From an archaeon (GTDB lineage: Archaea; Micrarchaeota; Micrarchaeia; Anstonellales; Bilamarchaeaceae): a stretch of DNA of 64,000 bases. A program made the translations under genes and the position numbers. Below, piece by piece: positions 48,139-57,400 of this stretch (positions are counted from its first letter, which is position 1; each line of letters starts with the position of its first letter). The stretch is from NCBI GenBank assembly GCA_020053355.1, contig JAGVNI010000016.1, positions 31,694 to 95,693 of the forward strand, written 5' to 3'. The notes below the pieces were generated by a model that did no database searches, was not told where the DNA came from, and saw nothing but the letters and a program-made list of their open reading frames with translations.

Positions 48139-49131
48139 ATGCTCGAATTGATGCCAATGGCGGGGAACGAAGTTGCTGGGCGCGGTCAATTATCCGCAGA
48201 AATCGCCTCGCTGATGAAAACCAATCCTGACCCGGAATTCGTCAGGGCCAACCTCAGCGAGACCTCCAAGAGACGGTTCGCCGCCCTGGTGCAGGAGAGG
48301 CGCATCGCCCAAACGCTCAGGGTTCTCGGCTTCCTGAACCGCCGCGGAGTGGATTTCGCGGTCCTCAAGGGCGTCACCCTGGCACGTTTCGACCGCGCGC
48401 GAGATTTTGCCGACCTGGACATACTCGTCGACCGCAAGGACGTGGAAGCGGTCGGAGGCATGCTGGAGAAGGAATTCGGCTATTTTTATTCCAGGCCCCA
48501 GGAGCTGGAATCCCTAGCCCGGGGGGACGATGGCTGCCATGACGTCTCCCTCCACCACAGCCATATGCTCCCAATAGAACTCCACTTCAGGCTGTTCAAC
48601 TACACACCGGAGGGGGCTTTGCACCCGCTTTCGGGCAAGGTCATCCTCGAAATGGACGGGGTCCGCGTGCCGGCGCTCCGCAAGGAGCTGCAGCTGCTTG
48701 AGGTGCTCCTCCACAACGCCCTCCATCATATGTTCATCTGCGACCGGGAAAAATGGGCCAGGGACATAAACATCTTGGTGGACAACTACGACATCGACTG
48801 GGAAGGATTCGCGGACATTGCCCGCAGCATCAACCACTCCGAAGTGGCATACCTCACCGCCCGCCTGCTGCGCTCCTTCAGGAAGACGAAAGCCCGAATT
48901 CCGGGCAGCGCCATGCGGATGCTCGCTCCCCGCTCATTGGCATGCTACCTGAAAAAGCCGGTTTTCGCATGGGCGCTCTATTTCTGCAGGGACCGGCTTC
49001 TTCCGCCCCCGGACATACTTGAGGCCCGGTTCCATGTGCCACGGTCTTCGCCGCTCTTCGCCTTCTGCTATCTTGCGAACTGGCTCCGGCTGCCATTCAC
49101 CGCCGTATCGTTGGTCCTCAGGCGCCGATGA
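48139..49131 (+). CDS. Nucleotidyltransferase family protein (NTP_transf_5-like)
   Basis: VLKGVTL, RDFADLDILV, IELHFRL, LLHNALH, IDW. Confidence 0.88.
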   Translation: MLELMPMAGNEVAGRGQLSAEIASLMKTNPDPEFVRANLSETSKRRFAALVQERRIAQTLRVLGFLNRRGVDFAVLKGVTLARFDRARDFADLDILVDRKDVEAVGGMLEKEFGYFYSRPQELESLARGDDGCHDVSLHHSHMLPIELHFRLFNYTPEGALHPLSGKVILEMDGVRVPALRKELQLLEVLLHNALHHMFICDREKWARDINILVDNYDIDWEGFADIARSINHSEVAYLTARLLRSFRKTKARIPGSAMRMLAPRSLACYLKKPVFAWALYFCRDRLLPPPDILEARFHVPRSSPLFAFCYLANWLRLPFTAVSLVLRRR

Positions 49132-50053
49132 TTCCGTCAATGAAGCGCAGCAGGGCGCCCCTGACCTCGCCCTCGTCGCTTCCCTGGAAGAATTCGAAGC
49201 ATCTCGCGTTCTCAAGGATGGATGCGTATCTCTTGAATATGGCCGCAGAGCCGTCAGCGGCATCCCGCTCAAGGCCGGACCACAGGAACGGTATCTCCTT
49301 CTTGTAAATCCTGATGAGGCCTAAGAGAGCCTTGTTGTACTCGAGAGGCCGAATTTCGCTCGCGCTGCTGTTCCATATCCGGAGGAATATCACGCAGTCC
49401 GCTTTCCCATAGACCGATTTGTGCTCGGCATGCCTGCCGATATCGAAGAGGCCCGGGTCCACTCCGAAGCGCCTGGCGAAATCCTCGTCGACTCCCGTCT
49501 TAAGCGTGAACGGGAATATGCGCGTCCCGTCCGAGAGGACGGAGTCGTCGCTTATCGCGGTGGCGCCGCTCTGGATTAGCCTCATCAGCGATGAAGACTT
49601 GCCGCACTTGCTGTCCCCGCAGAACACTATCGTCCTGCCCTTGTAGCTCGCGGCCGACGCGTGGATGAACGCGAGGCCCTTGCCCTCGGCGGATTTTATC
49701 ACAAGCCATTTCAGCAGCCATCTCATCAGTTCGTGCAGCCCGGTGCAGTCGGAGCGGTAATCCACGGACAGCTCTTTCTCCCCAACAGCCATCCGGATGA
49801 GGAACCTGCCGTCCTTGTCCGCAATGTATAATCGCCCCTCATGGAGATAGACGCATGCATTGTTGAGAACATTGGTCCTGACTGCCTTTTCCGGGATGTT
49901 CCACCCATCACTCCTGCTGAACCTGGCAAGGCAGTCGTGCGGACCCGCTCCGGCCCGGTAATATTTCAATTCGTCATCCATCTTCCTGAAGAAATCGTCG
50001 CCGCTGTGCTCGATCTTCAGGGCAACGCTTGCGAGATTATAGTGCGATTCCAT
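49118..50053 (-). CDS. HPr-kinase-like P-loop kinase
   Basis: IHASAA, Walker A GDSKCGKSS, ISDD. Confidence 0.82.
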   Translation of the reverse strand: MESHYNLASVALKIEHSGDDFFRKMDDELKYYRAGAGPHDCLARFSRSDGWNIPEKAVRTNVLNNACVYLHEGRLYIADKDGRFLIRMAVGEKELSVDYRSDCTGLHELMRWLLKWLVIKSAEGKGLAFIHASAASYKGRTIVFCGDSKCGKSSSLMRLIQSGATAISDDSVLSDGTRIFPFTLKTGVDEDFARRFGVDPGLFDIGRHAEHKSVYGKADCVIFLRIWNSSASEIRPLEYNKALLGLIRIYKKEIPFLWSGLERDAADGSAAIFKRYASILENARCFEFFQGSDEGEVRGALLRFIDGIIGA

Positions 50054-50054
50054 A

Positions 50055-50483
50055 TCATTGCGCCTTCGTGTATGGGTAGTAACGTGAAGCCATCGTCAGC
50101 AGGAGGAAATATTTCTTCTTCCTGATATCGATGAGCCTTGAGTAGATTATGAATTGGGGCAGAAACAGGGCGAGGAGGAGCTCTGCCGCCGGCTTCCGCG
50201 GGACCATTCTCCCCTTGCCTACAATGACGCCGAGCAGCTTGTCTTTCCGGAACGGGAATCCTATCACCGGGCAGTTGTCCCCCCTCGTGAAGTAATACCC
50301 TGCGCATTTGTACATCAGCCTGTGGGCTATCCTGATGCCGTAGCGGTTCTCGAAAAGCACAACATCCCCGATTTCCGGTTCCGCCCCGCTATCGAGATAG
50401 AGCCGCTCCTTCGGGTCGATGGAGGGGTGCATGTCGTTCCCCCGGATAACTTTAAGCGCCTGCAAATTCCCCGAAGACATCAT
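50055..50483 (-). CDS. S24/S26 peptidase-like protein
   Basis: IRGNDMHPSI, GDVVLF, IAHRL, FTRGDN, LLGVIV. Confidence 0.78.
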   Translation of the reverse strand: MMSSGNLQALKVIRGNDMHPSIDPKERLYLDSGAEPEIGDVVLFENRYGIRIAHRLMYKCAGYYFTRGDNCPVIGFPFRKDKLLGVIVGKGRMVPRKPAAELLLALFLPQFIIYSRLIDIRKKKYFLLLTMASRYYPYTKAQ

Positions 50484-51591
50484 TCACCGCCCTGCGATAG
50501 TCGTCCGCGCCGTATCTTTTAATCGCTTCCACCGCGCCGTCAGCCTTCCTGCGCCTGAACCCCTCGTCCGTAAGCATGCGGACCAGGCCCTCGGCATAGT
50601 CTTCCGGGTCCTTGCAGCGCGCGCAATACCCGAACGAATCAATCTCCCCCCTCTCGAACCCGGCGTACTCGTTCGTCACGACCGGCAGGGCGTGGCCCAG
50701 ACATTCGCATAGCGCTATGGGGCATTCGTCGAAGCAGAATGGCATGAACGCGCAGTCCGCCATCCTCATGTATCCATAAAGCCGCTCCTTGGGCAGGAAG
50801 CCTGCGACGATGATATTCGCCTTCCCCCTCGCTTCGTCCAGAAGGCTCCGCATATAGTCCTGCTCGTAATTGTTCATCCTGCCGCAGATGACCAGGACCG
50901 CCTCGGGCATGGACTTCTTCAGGATTTTCATGGCCTCGATGGCGTACCCCGTCCCCTTCATCACGCGCAGCTCGGCCGGCATCAGGACAATCCTCATCCT
51001 CCTGCCCCCGGATTCCGCCCGCTTGGTTCCCGCATCATCGCGCAGGTCCGGTATCGGCCTTCGAAGGTACGTCACCTTGCCTGGTTCCACGCCGTGCTCC
51101 TCGATGATGTGCTGCCGGATCTTCACCGAATGCGTGATTATCATTTCCGCCTTCTCGAAATTCTCCCCCTCGCGCTCGCCGACGAAAGCGTAGTAGTCGA
51201 GCAGTTTCTGGAAATGGGGCGTTTGCGGATACTCGCCATCTACAAGCTCGCGGACCTTCCTGTACGGCACTGACGATGTGTGGTATATGTGCCTCTGCTT
51301 CAGGAAAAGGCCCATGCTGTTGAATGCCAGTATGGCATCCGGCCGCGCATCCCCGACCTTCCCGGCGAAGTCTTTCGACACTGCAATCGTGCTGCGGTAG
51401 CGGTCCATCAGGCCGTCTCCGCCATCCCCCATCGCTTCGCTTCCGCCTTCGAGCCGGACATCCCCGCCGCTCGGCGCGTATACGATGCGCTCATGGCCCT
51501 CCAGGGCGTTGTATACCTGCCTGAATACAGTCGGGAAGCCGTTGGGCGTCAACGTATCGAGGTTGTCCGGCACGCCGATGGCTATCTTCAC
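50452..51591 (-). CDS. Glycosyltransferase family 4
   Basis: GT-B C-terminal ADCAFMPFCFDECPIALCECLGHALPVV; KG motif. Confidence 0.85.
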   Translation of the reverse strand: MKIAIGVPDNLDTLTPNGFPTVFRQVYNALEGHERIVYAPSGGDVRLEGGSEAMGDGGDGLMDRYRSTIAVSKDFAGKVGDARPDAILAFNSMGLFLKQRHIYHTSSVPYRKVRELVDGEYPQTPHFQKLLDYYAFVGEREGENFEKAEMIITHSVKIRQHIIEEHGVEPGKVTYLRRPIPDLRDDAGTKRAESGGRRMRIVLMPAELRVMKGTGYAIEAMKILKKSMPEAVLVICGRMNNYEQDYMRSLLDEARGKANIIVAGFLPKERLYGYMRMADCAFMPFCFDECPIALCECLGHALPVVTNEYAGFERGEIDSFGYCARCKDPEDYAEGLVRMLTDEGFRRRKADGAVEAIKRYGADDYRRAVNDVFGEFAGA

Positions 51592-51665
51592 GGGGATGAT
51601 AGGTGTTGAACGTCTTTAATGCGTTTGGGGGATGCCGGGCACATGGCGAGTCACATCCTTCCCTC

Positions 51666-51836
51666 AGCTTCTTCGCCTCGATAGTGCTCTCGATGTTCAG
51701 CCTGCCCTCCGCAATCACGCCGGAACTCGTGGCCATGGGGCTGTTCTTTTCCGTCATCGTCGGAATCGTGGCCGGCATCGTCCCCGCCCGGAACGCCGCC
51801 CAAATCTCTCCAATCGAGGCATTAAGGTACGAGTGA
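51666..51836 (+). pseudogene. Orphan 3' fragment of ABC permease (right repeat copy)
   Basis: Encodes SFFASIVLSMFSLPSAITPELVAMGLFFSVIVGIVAGIVPARNAAQISPIEALRYE with no 5' part. Confidence 0.88.
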
Positions 51837-51884
51837 GCCCCTGCGGCAATGAGCGATTATAAATCCGCCCGCATGATACCTATC

Positions 51885-52271
51885 ATGAAGGAATACCTCC
51901 CCATCCTGCTGCTGGCATCCACGCTCCTCCTATCGGGCTGCATACAAGGCACCCCATCCCAGGAAGACGTCATGGAGAAACTGCGCCCGGAACTCATCAC
52001 ATACTGCGAGGGGCTCGAGAGCAAGGCGCAGCTGAATGAGGGCTACTGCCCCACCTGCTACAATTACATCAATTCCTCAATTCCGCATTTCGACCAGTCA
52101 CTAAGCAACCTGTCCATAAGCCGCGACGGCGATACCACGGCCGTGAACGTCACAATCCGGCTTATCTATGACTGGAGGAACGATAAGCCAAGCTCCAACC
52201 GCCTGGGGTTCACCCTTGGCGAGGATGGTTCGGTGATTGGCAGGAACATCCCTGAAAAAAGATGCGTCTGA
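51885..52271 (+). CDS. Putative lipoprotein
   Basis: MKEYLPILLLASTLLLSGC lipobox; CxxC motif. Confidence 0.7.
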   Translation: MKEYLPILLLASTLLLSGCIQGTPSQEDVMEKLRPELITYCEGLESKAQLNEGYCPTCYNYINSSIPHFDQSLSNLSISRDGDTTAVNVTIRLIYDWRNDKPSSNRLGFTLGEDGSVIGRNIPEKRCV

Positions 52272-52348
52272 CCATTATTTGTCAATCCTAATCCGCAGTC
52301 TGCCTGAAAGGGCACTGGCCGGTCAGGAATATTGTGCGCTCTTCCCGG

Positions 52349-53254
52349 CTATATCCTCCCTTCCGCTTTGAGCCTTTTTCTTTCTTCCTCTGGGATCCCG
52401 TACTCCGCAATGTCGACCGAATCCAGAATGTTGCCCCGTTTGTATCTCCACAGCGGTGCGGTGTCCAGGCGGTAGAAAAACTTCCAGCCCGAGTATGTCG
52501 GGGCATAATCTATCCTCGTGCAGCCCCGGCTTTTCGCGAGCTTGATGCCCTCGACCAATGCGACCTTGATTGTGTCGCCGTACCGTTCATCCACCCCCCA
52601 GATGCAGACGGACATTGTACTTCCGAAGAAAAAGTATTGCGTGGTAAGCACGGGGTTGCCGTCCTTGATGACAGACCAATATTCGGTCCGCGGGTCCTTA
52701 TCCAGGATGTCGTAACAGCCCCGGTCTCCCTGGGCGAAGTCCGACTTCTCGCCGAACATCACCTTGCTGAATGCGGCGATGCCTTCCAGGGAGCCCTCTT
52801 TCCGGAACTCGTGCTCCCCGAATCCCTTGTAATCGTTCCTGAAATTCTTCCGGTGCTTCTTCGAGAACCGCGCAAGGTAATCGTCTATGCCCTCAATGCC
52901 TGTCAGGTCCAGGAAGAACTGCGGGCAGAGGCCCTCCAGGCATCCGTCGAACCGCTCGACCAGGAAATCGAAATATACATCTTTCGGTATCTCATCGGTT
53001 TTTTTCATGAACTCCGGGTCGAAGGTGAGGTAGTTCCTCTCCACGCTGTCCCCGCCGATAATCTCGTAGAACCCCCGGTCCGCATCAAGCATCAGCGGGA
53101 AGAAGTTCTTGCCGTCGTAGAGGATGAGGGTCTTATAACCGTATTGTTTGCAGAGTGCCACCCGTATGTCCCAGTCGTCGGTCCACACCACCTTCTCGGG
53201 GACGAGCGCGTCCCAGATAGGTTTGGCCTCTTCCAGCGTCAGCTCTTTCATCAT
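52349..53254 (-). CDS. GNAT/FemAB-like acyltransferase
   Basis: IDDYLARFSKKHRKNFR; IKLAKSRGCTRIDY....WKF. Confidence 0.75.
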   Translation of the reverse strand: MMKELTLEEAKPIWDALVPEKVVWTDDWDIRVALCKQYGYKTLILYDGKNFFPLMLDADRGFYEIIGGDSVERNYLTFDPEFMKKTDEIPKDVYFDFLVERFDGCLEGLCPQFFLDLTGIEGIDDYLARFSKKHRKNFRNDYKGFGEHEFRKEGSLEGIAAFSKVMFGEKSDFAQGDRGCYDILDKDPRTEYWSVIKDGNPVLTTQYFFFGSTMSVCIWGVDERYGDTIKVALVEGIKLAKSRGCTRIDYAPTYSGWKFFYRLDTAPLWRYKRGNILDSVDIAEYGIPEEERKRLKAEGRI

Positions 53255-53389
53255 AACATTATCCTTCAGGATACGAGTGCCTATGGATTATTGGTTCAGA
53301 CGTGTTTATAATTAGAAAAACGCCCCGGGGACATGGCCGACCTTATCGGTCGTCCGTCCCCGGTGCTCCGCTCAACTGCGGTTTCGCTA

Positions 53390-53542
53390 CGCCCCGGGGA
53401 AGACTCGAACTTCCGGCCTGTTGATTTCAGAAGCTTTCGACCTTGGTTTACCTCAGGGCTTTTCCCGAGGGTTTTGCCCTAAGAAGGACCTAAGTCAAAA
53501 GGCTCTAACAGTCAACCGCTCTACCGGCTGAGCTACCGAGGC
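53390..53542 (-). tRNA. tRNA-Asn(GTT) with an 80-nt intron at 37/38 (intron 53505-53426)
   Basis: GCCTCGGTAGCTCAGCCGGTAGAGCGGTTGACTGTTA[intron]ATCAACAGGCCGGAAGTTCGAGTCTTCCCCGGGGCG; CCA not encoded. Confidence 0.95.
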
Positions 53543-53584
53543 AATAATAATACGATGTTGATTGGCCAATCTTGTTTAAAAACG

Positions 53585-54598
53585 CTACTGCTTTCCCGCC
53601 GCTTGGCCTATCGCTTCCCTTGCGGCAGCAAACACGGCATCCGCTATCTCGCGGTATGTGGCGTGTATCATCGCGCCCGCCTTGTCAATGTGGCCGCCGC
53701 CCCTCATGTTCTCGGGCATGCCGCATATTTCGCTTGTCATCCTTGCGATGTCGTTGGCATGGACGCCCCCGGAATGGGCGTCCTTGAACCTCACCCGGAA
53801 CGAGACCCTGTGCCAGCCGCCACCCTGCTCGCTGAGGACCGCGACAATGGTCGCCTTCATGTCCCGTATCTCGTTTGCTAGGATGGCCGGGTTTTCGAGC
53901 CTGCTTGCCGCGACGGCAATCACCATGTCGCGGTAGAGCGCGCTTTCGACATGCGTCATCTCTTCGAGGATTGCCGCGACCATCGCCGGCGGGAGGTCCG
54001 GGTATGCCAGGGCGTCCACCTCCTTCTTGTTCGCGCCTGCAATCCGGAGGAGCGACTCGAATATGCTCAGCGTCCCCACGTCCGCGTCGTTCAGCCTTTC
54101 GCTGTCGCTCGCCACGCCCACCGCAAGCGCCAGCGCAATCTGCTTGTCGATGGCTCTCTTCTCGATAAGGGATGCTGCAATCTCGCTTGCGGAGATGGCC
54201 GACTGATTGTCTATCATGAATAGCGGCTTCAGCACCGTCTTGCCGACCCTGTGGTGGTCTATCACCATCAGGAGCTGGTTCTTGCGGCTGCTCATGCCGT
54301 TTAGCAGGGCCGGAGTATTGGTGTCCACCACGATTATCGGGCGCGAGTCTGTTTCGGGAATCTCGCTCCACCTCTTCGTCTTTATCCCGAGCCGCTCGAC
54401 AAGCGGGTCTGTAAGGTGGATGTGCGGCCCGGTGATTATGTCCGCCTGGGCATTCCTCCTGAAAAGAACCCTCTGGACGGCGAATGCGGTCCCCAGGCCG
54501 TCGCAATCAGGGACGTCGTGCGTCGTTATGAGCGCCCCGTGCTCGGACGCGATTTTCATGGCGTTGGCGAACCTGCTGCGGCTCGCAGGGCCCGCCAT
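53585..54598 (-). CDS. DHH-family phosphoesterase (NrnA-like)
   Basis: THDVPDCDG, VDT, IDHH, GGGHIDKAG. Confidence 0.92.
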   Translation of the reverse strand: MAGPASRSRFANAMKIASEHGALITTHDVPDCDGLGTAFAVQRVLFRRNAQADIITGPHIHLTDPLVERLGIKTKRWSEIPETDSRPIIVVDTNTPALLNGMSSRKNQLLMVIDHHRVGKTVLKPLFMIDNQSAISASEIAASLIEKRAIDKQIALALAVGVASDSERLNDADVGTLSIFESLLRIAGANKKEVDALAYPDLPPAMVAAILEEMTHVESALYRDMVIAVAASRLENPAILANEIRDMKATIVAVLSEQGGGWHRVSFRVRFKDAHSGGVHANDIARMTSEICGMPENMRGGGHIDKAGAMIHATYREIADAVFAAAREAIGQAAGKQ

Positions 54599-54745
54599 AT
54601 TGCCCAGATACCTGTCGCTCCGCGCATGCATGCGTTATATACGCCTCTTTAGGTTTTTAATAGTTGCCGAAACAGTAATTTTGCGTATAATACGCCCAAG
54701 GTCCAGCCTGGCAATCGCGCTTACGTCCAATTAGACCGCACTGGG

Positions 54746-54880
54746 TTAGGCCTCTCCGCACTGGCTCCAGCCGCACATTATGCACTCCGTGCAGCCTTCC
54801 TGGTGCTTCAATTTGGTGCCGCAGACTGGGCAAATCCCTTCCCGGATGAGCTCCTTGGCCCGATTTTCGTCAACGTTCAT
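54746..54880 (-). CDS. Small zinc-ribbon protein resembling the class II RNR C-terminal domain (44 aa)
   Basis: Manual ORF MNVDENRAKELIREGICPVCGTKLKHQEGCTECIMCGWSQCGEA. Confidence 0.8.
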   Translation of the reverse strand: MNVDENRAKELIREGICPVCGTKLKHQEGCTECIMCGWSQCGEA

Positions 54881-54908
54881 GAGCTTGATGCGCCTGCAAA
54901 TCCGCCAG

Positions 54909-55307
54909 TCATTTGCCGCCGAATATGGCCTTCAATCCTTTGACTAGGCCTTCGGATTTCGCCTTGAGGCCTGAAAGGACCCCGCTGAAGCCGTCAAGGC
55001 CGCCCAGGCGGAGAAGTATCCTCTCGGTCTCCTTGATGACCTCCTTGTCTGAGAGGTTGGAATTCCGATGAAGCGTTCCCATTATGTCCGTGATGCCCCT
55101 TCTTGTGGCCGGGAAATTGCCTTCCTTCAGTTTTCCCTGCATCCTGCCGATGAACTCCCTGGCCTCGGGGGTCTTTAGAAAATCATCAGATGAGGTGGAC
55201 CTGCCCTGCGTTCCCGTCTGCGTCTGCTCAGGCTCTTTCTCCTCCTCTCCCGGCGGCTTCATCGCCATGGGTCTGAACTGGCCCAGAATCATGGATGTAG
55301 AACTCAT
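54909..55307 (-). CDS. Hypothetical protein
   Basis: 132-aa ORF with a TATA-like element (ttataaa) upstream. Confidence 0.6.
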   Translation of the reverse strand: MSSTSMILGQFRPMAMKPPGEEEKEPEQTQTGTQGRSTSSDDFLKTPEAREFIGRMQGKLKEGNFPATRRGITDIMGTLHRNSNLSDKEVIKETERILLRLGGLDGFSGVLSGLKAKSEGLVKGLKAIFGGK

Positions 55308-55340
55308 GGCAAATTTATAAATTTACCCTAGGCCACACTC

Positions 55341-55871
55341 TCAGAGGCCAAGGTCCCCGAGTATCCTGCTGGTCTTGAATTTCGAATCGTCGATTTTCTT
55401 TTCCAGCCTGACGATTTCAACCCCTTTGGGTGCGGGCCCTGGCTTCTGGTCATAGCCGTAGACAATGACGTTTGGCCCGACCAGCTCCAGCATGCGCTCG
55501 GGTTTTTCGAACCCTTCTATCGCAAGGTCCACCGGTTTCAGGCACTCGACCATGATTTTCCGATATTCAACGTCGTGAATCGGTTCCCTCCCCTTTTTCC
55601 GGATATGCTCGTTCCGGGCGATTGCCACGATTAGGACATCGCCGTGCTTCTTGGCCTCGCTAAGCGTCACGATATGCCCTATGTGGAGGACGTCGAACAC
55701 CCCGCCTGTCAGGACGACCTTAATGCGCTTCCTCTCATCGTCTTTGAGGAAGAACCGCCCATCCCTCTCGATTAGCATCCTCTTCTCGTGCTCCTGCAGG
55801 TAATGGAAAATGTCCTCCGGTATGCCCCCGTATTGGAGCTGCATGACGAACAGCTTGGATATCTCTTTCAT
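55341..55871 (-). CDS. ribL: Cytidylyltransferase-family protein, probable archaeal FAD synthase
   Basis: GGVFDVLHIGH, LKPVD, YGYDQ, KTSRI; N-terminal extension. Confidence 0.65.
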   Translation of the reverse strand: MKEISKLFVMQLQYGGIPEDIFHYLQEHEKRMLIERDGRFFLKDDERKRIKVVLTGGVFDVLHIGHIVTLSEAKKHGDVLIVAIARNEHIRKKGREPIHDVEYRKIMVECLKPVDLAIEGFEKPERMLELVGPNVIVYGYDQKPGPAPKGVEIVRLEKKIDDSKFKTSRILGDLGL

Positions 55872-55895
55872 GCCATCAACCTTTTTCCCTGTTTT

Positions 55896-57350
55896 TCAAT
55901 CGGAATCTATCTGCGCCTTCTGGAGCTTTCCCGAGTAATCAACATACACGGTTTTCGTGTTCGAGAACTCGTCGAGGCCGAGTATCCCTGCCTCGCGCGT
56001 ATGGCCGGTGCCTTTCACCCCGCCGAACGGGAGGTGGACCTCAGCCCCAATCGTGCTGGAATTGACATACGTTATCCCGGCTTCAATCCTTTCTATCGCC
56101 TTGAAGGCGTTGTTCACATCGCCCGTGTAGATTGACGAACTGAGGCCGTATTCGACCGAGTTCGCGATGTCTATCGCGTCATCGAGCCTGTCGAATTCGA
56201 GGACTGACAGGACCGGGCCGAATATCTCTTCCCTCGCGATGCGCATGTCCGGAGTTACGCCGTCGAATATCGTGGGCTTGAAGAAGAACCCCTTTCCGGC
56301 AGGCTTGTTCCCCCCGCAAAGGAGTTTCGCGCCCTCGGCTATCCCGATTCCGACGTACTTGTTAACCTTCTCCTGCGCGGCCTTGTTGATTAGCGGGCCG
56401 ACGTCGCTCGTCTTCTCTATTCCCGGCCCGAGCCGCAGCATCCTTGCCTTCGTGACAAGCGCGGAAAGCAGCTTTTGCTTGATTTTCCTATGCGCAATCA
56501 CCCTGCTGGTCGCAGTGCAGCGCTGGCCGGTCGTCCCGAACGCACCCCAGAGAATGCCTTCCACAGCAAGGTCGAGTTTCGCGTCGTCCATGACGATAAT
56601 CGGATTCTTTCCGCCAAGTTCCAGGCCGACCTTTTTCAGGCCGGCATTCTTGGTAATCCACTCTCCTGTAGCTTTCGAGCCTGTGAATGAAAGCCCTTCG
56701 ATTCCGGGGTGCTTCACAATCGCCTCGCCAACTGATGATGCAGGGCCTGTGACGAAATTGACGACTCCTGGAGGCACCCCGGCCCTAATCAGCACTTTCA
56801 GGATTTCATAGGCGCATAATGGCGTGTCTGAACTCGGCTTGAACACCACCGTGTTCCCGCAAATCAGCGCAGGCGCGAGTTTCCAGGCTGGTATCGCGGT
56901 CGGGAAGTTCCACGGGGTTATCAGCCCGACGACGCCGACCGGCCGCCGAATCGTCATGCAGAACTTATCCCGGAGTTCGCTGGTCGTCGTGTTCCCATAA
57001 AGCCTGCGCCCCTCGGCAGCGAAATACTCGAACGTGTCAATCGCTTCCTGCACGTCTCCCAGCGCTTCCGGCAGCACCTTTCCCATCTCGGTGGAGACAA
57101 GTCGCCCGAGCCTTTCCTTCTCGCTCTTTAGGATTTCGGCGGCTTTCTGCAGGATAATCCCCCTTTTCGGGGGCGGGAGCCTGGACCATTTTGGCAGGGC
57201 GTCCCTTGCCGCGCCGACCGCCATATCGACATGCCCCGCATCGCCCGATGGGAAATATGCTATCGGTTTTTCTGTTGCCGGGTTCAGGGTCTCGAAGCCG
57301 GTTTCAGCACCTGCCCATTCCCCCCCGATATACATCTTATAGGCGGCCAT
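55896..57350 (-). CDS. Aldehyde dehydrogenase
   Basis: [35 protein letters not shown]. Confidence 0.96.
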   Translation of the reverse strand: MAAYKMYIGGEWAGAETGFETLNPATEKPIAYFPSGDAGHVDMAVGAARDALPKWSRLPPPKRGIILQKAAEILKSEKERLGRLVSTEMGKVLPEALGDVQEAIDTFEYFAAEGRRLYGNTTTSELRDKFCMTIRRPVGVVGLITPWNFPTAIPAWKLAPALICGNTVVFKPSSDTPLCAYEILKVLIRAGVPPGVVNFVTGPASSVGEAIVKHPGIEGLSFTGSKATGEWITKNAGLKKVGLELGGKNPIIVMDDAKLDLAVEGILWGAFGTTGQRCTATSRVIAHRKIKQKLLSALVTKARMLRLGPGIEKTSDVGPLINKAAQEKVNKYVGIGIAEGAKLLCGGNKPAGKGFFFKPTIFDGVTPDMRIAREEIFGPVLSVLEFDRLDDAIDIANSVEYGLSSSIYTGDVNNAFKAIERIEAGITYVNSSTIGAEVHLPFGGVKGTGHTREAGILGLDEFSNTKTVYVDYSGKLQKAQIDSD

Positions 57351-57400
57351 ACGTTGGCTTCTTCCCCCAAAAATATAAACCTGCCCTGCGTATCTGCCCC

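Larger units (their letters stand above)
45872..51665. mobile_element. Putative acquired island carrying a RiPP-like cluster
   Basis: Bounded by duplicated permease 3' ends; no integrase seen inside. Confidence 0.55.

Noticed and set aside
47795-50483. Canonical lasso-peptide cluster
   Set aside because: No lasso cyclase or B2 protease; the peptide lacks Thr(-2) and a ring-forming core.
52349-53254. GNAT gene as part of the RiPP cluster
   Set aside because: It lies outside the duplicated permease boundary; a link cannot be supported from this sequence.
53320-53400. 12-bp repeat of the tRNA 3' end (acgccccgggga at 53320 and 53389) as an att site
   Set aside because: Only 69 nt apart, part of a local hairpin, and no integrase nearby; at most a relic.
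53426-53505. tRNA intron acting as a C/D guide (as in tRNA-Trp)
   Set aside because: Two CTGA motifs are present but there is no recognisable RUGAUGA C or C' box.
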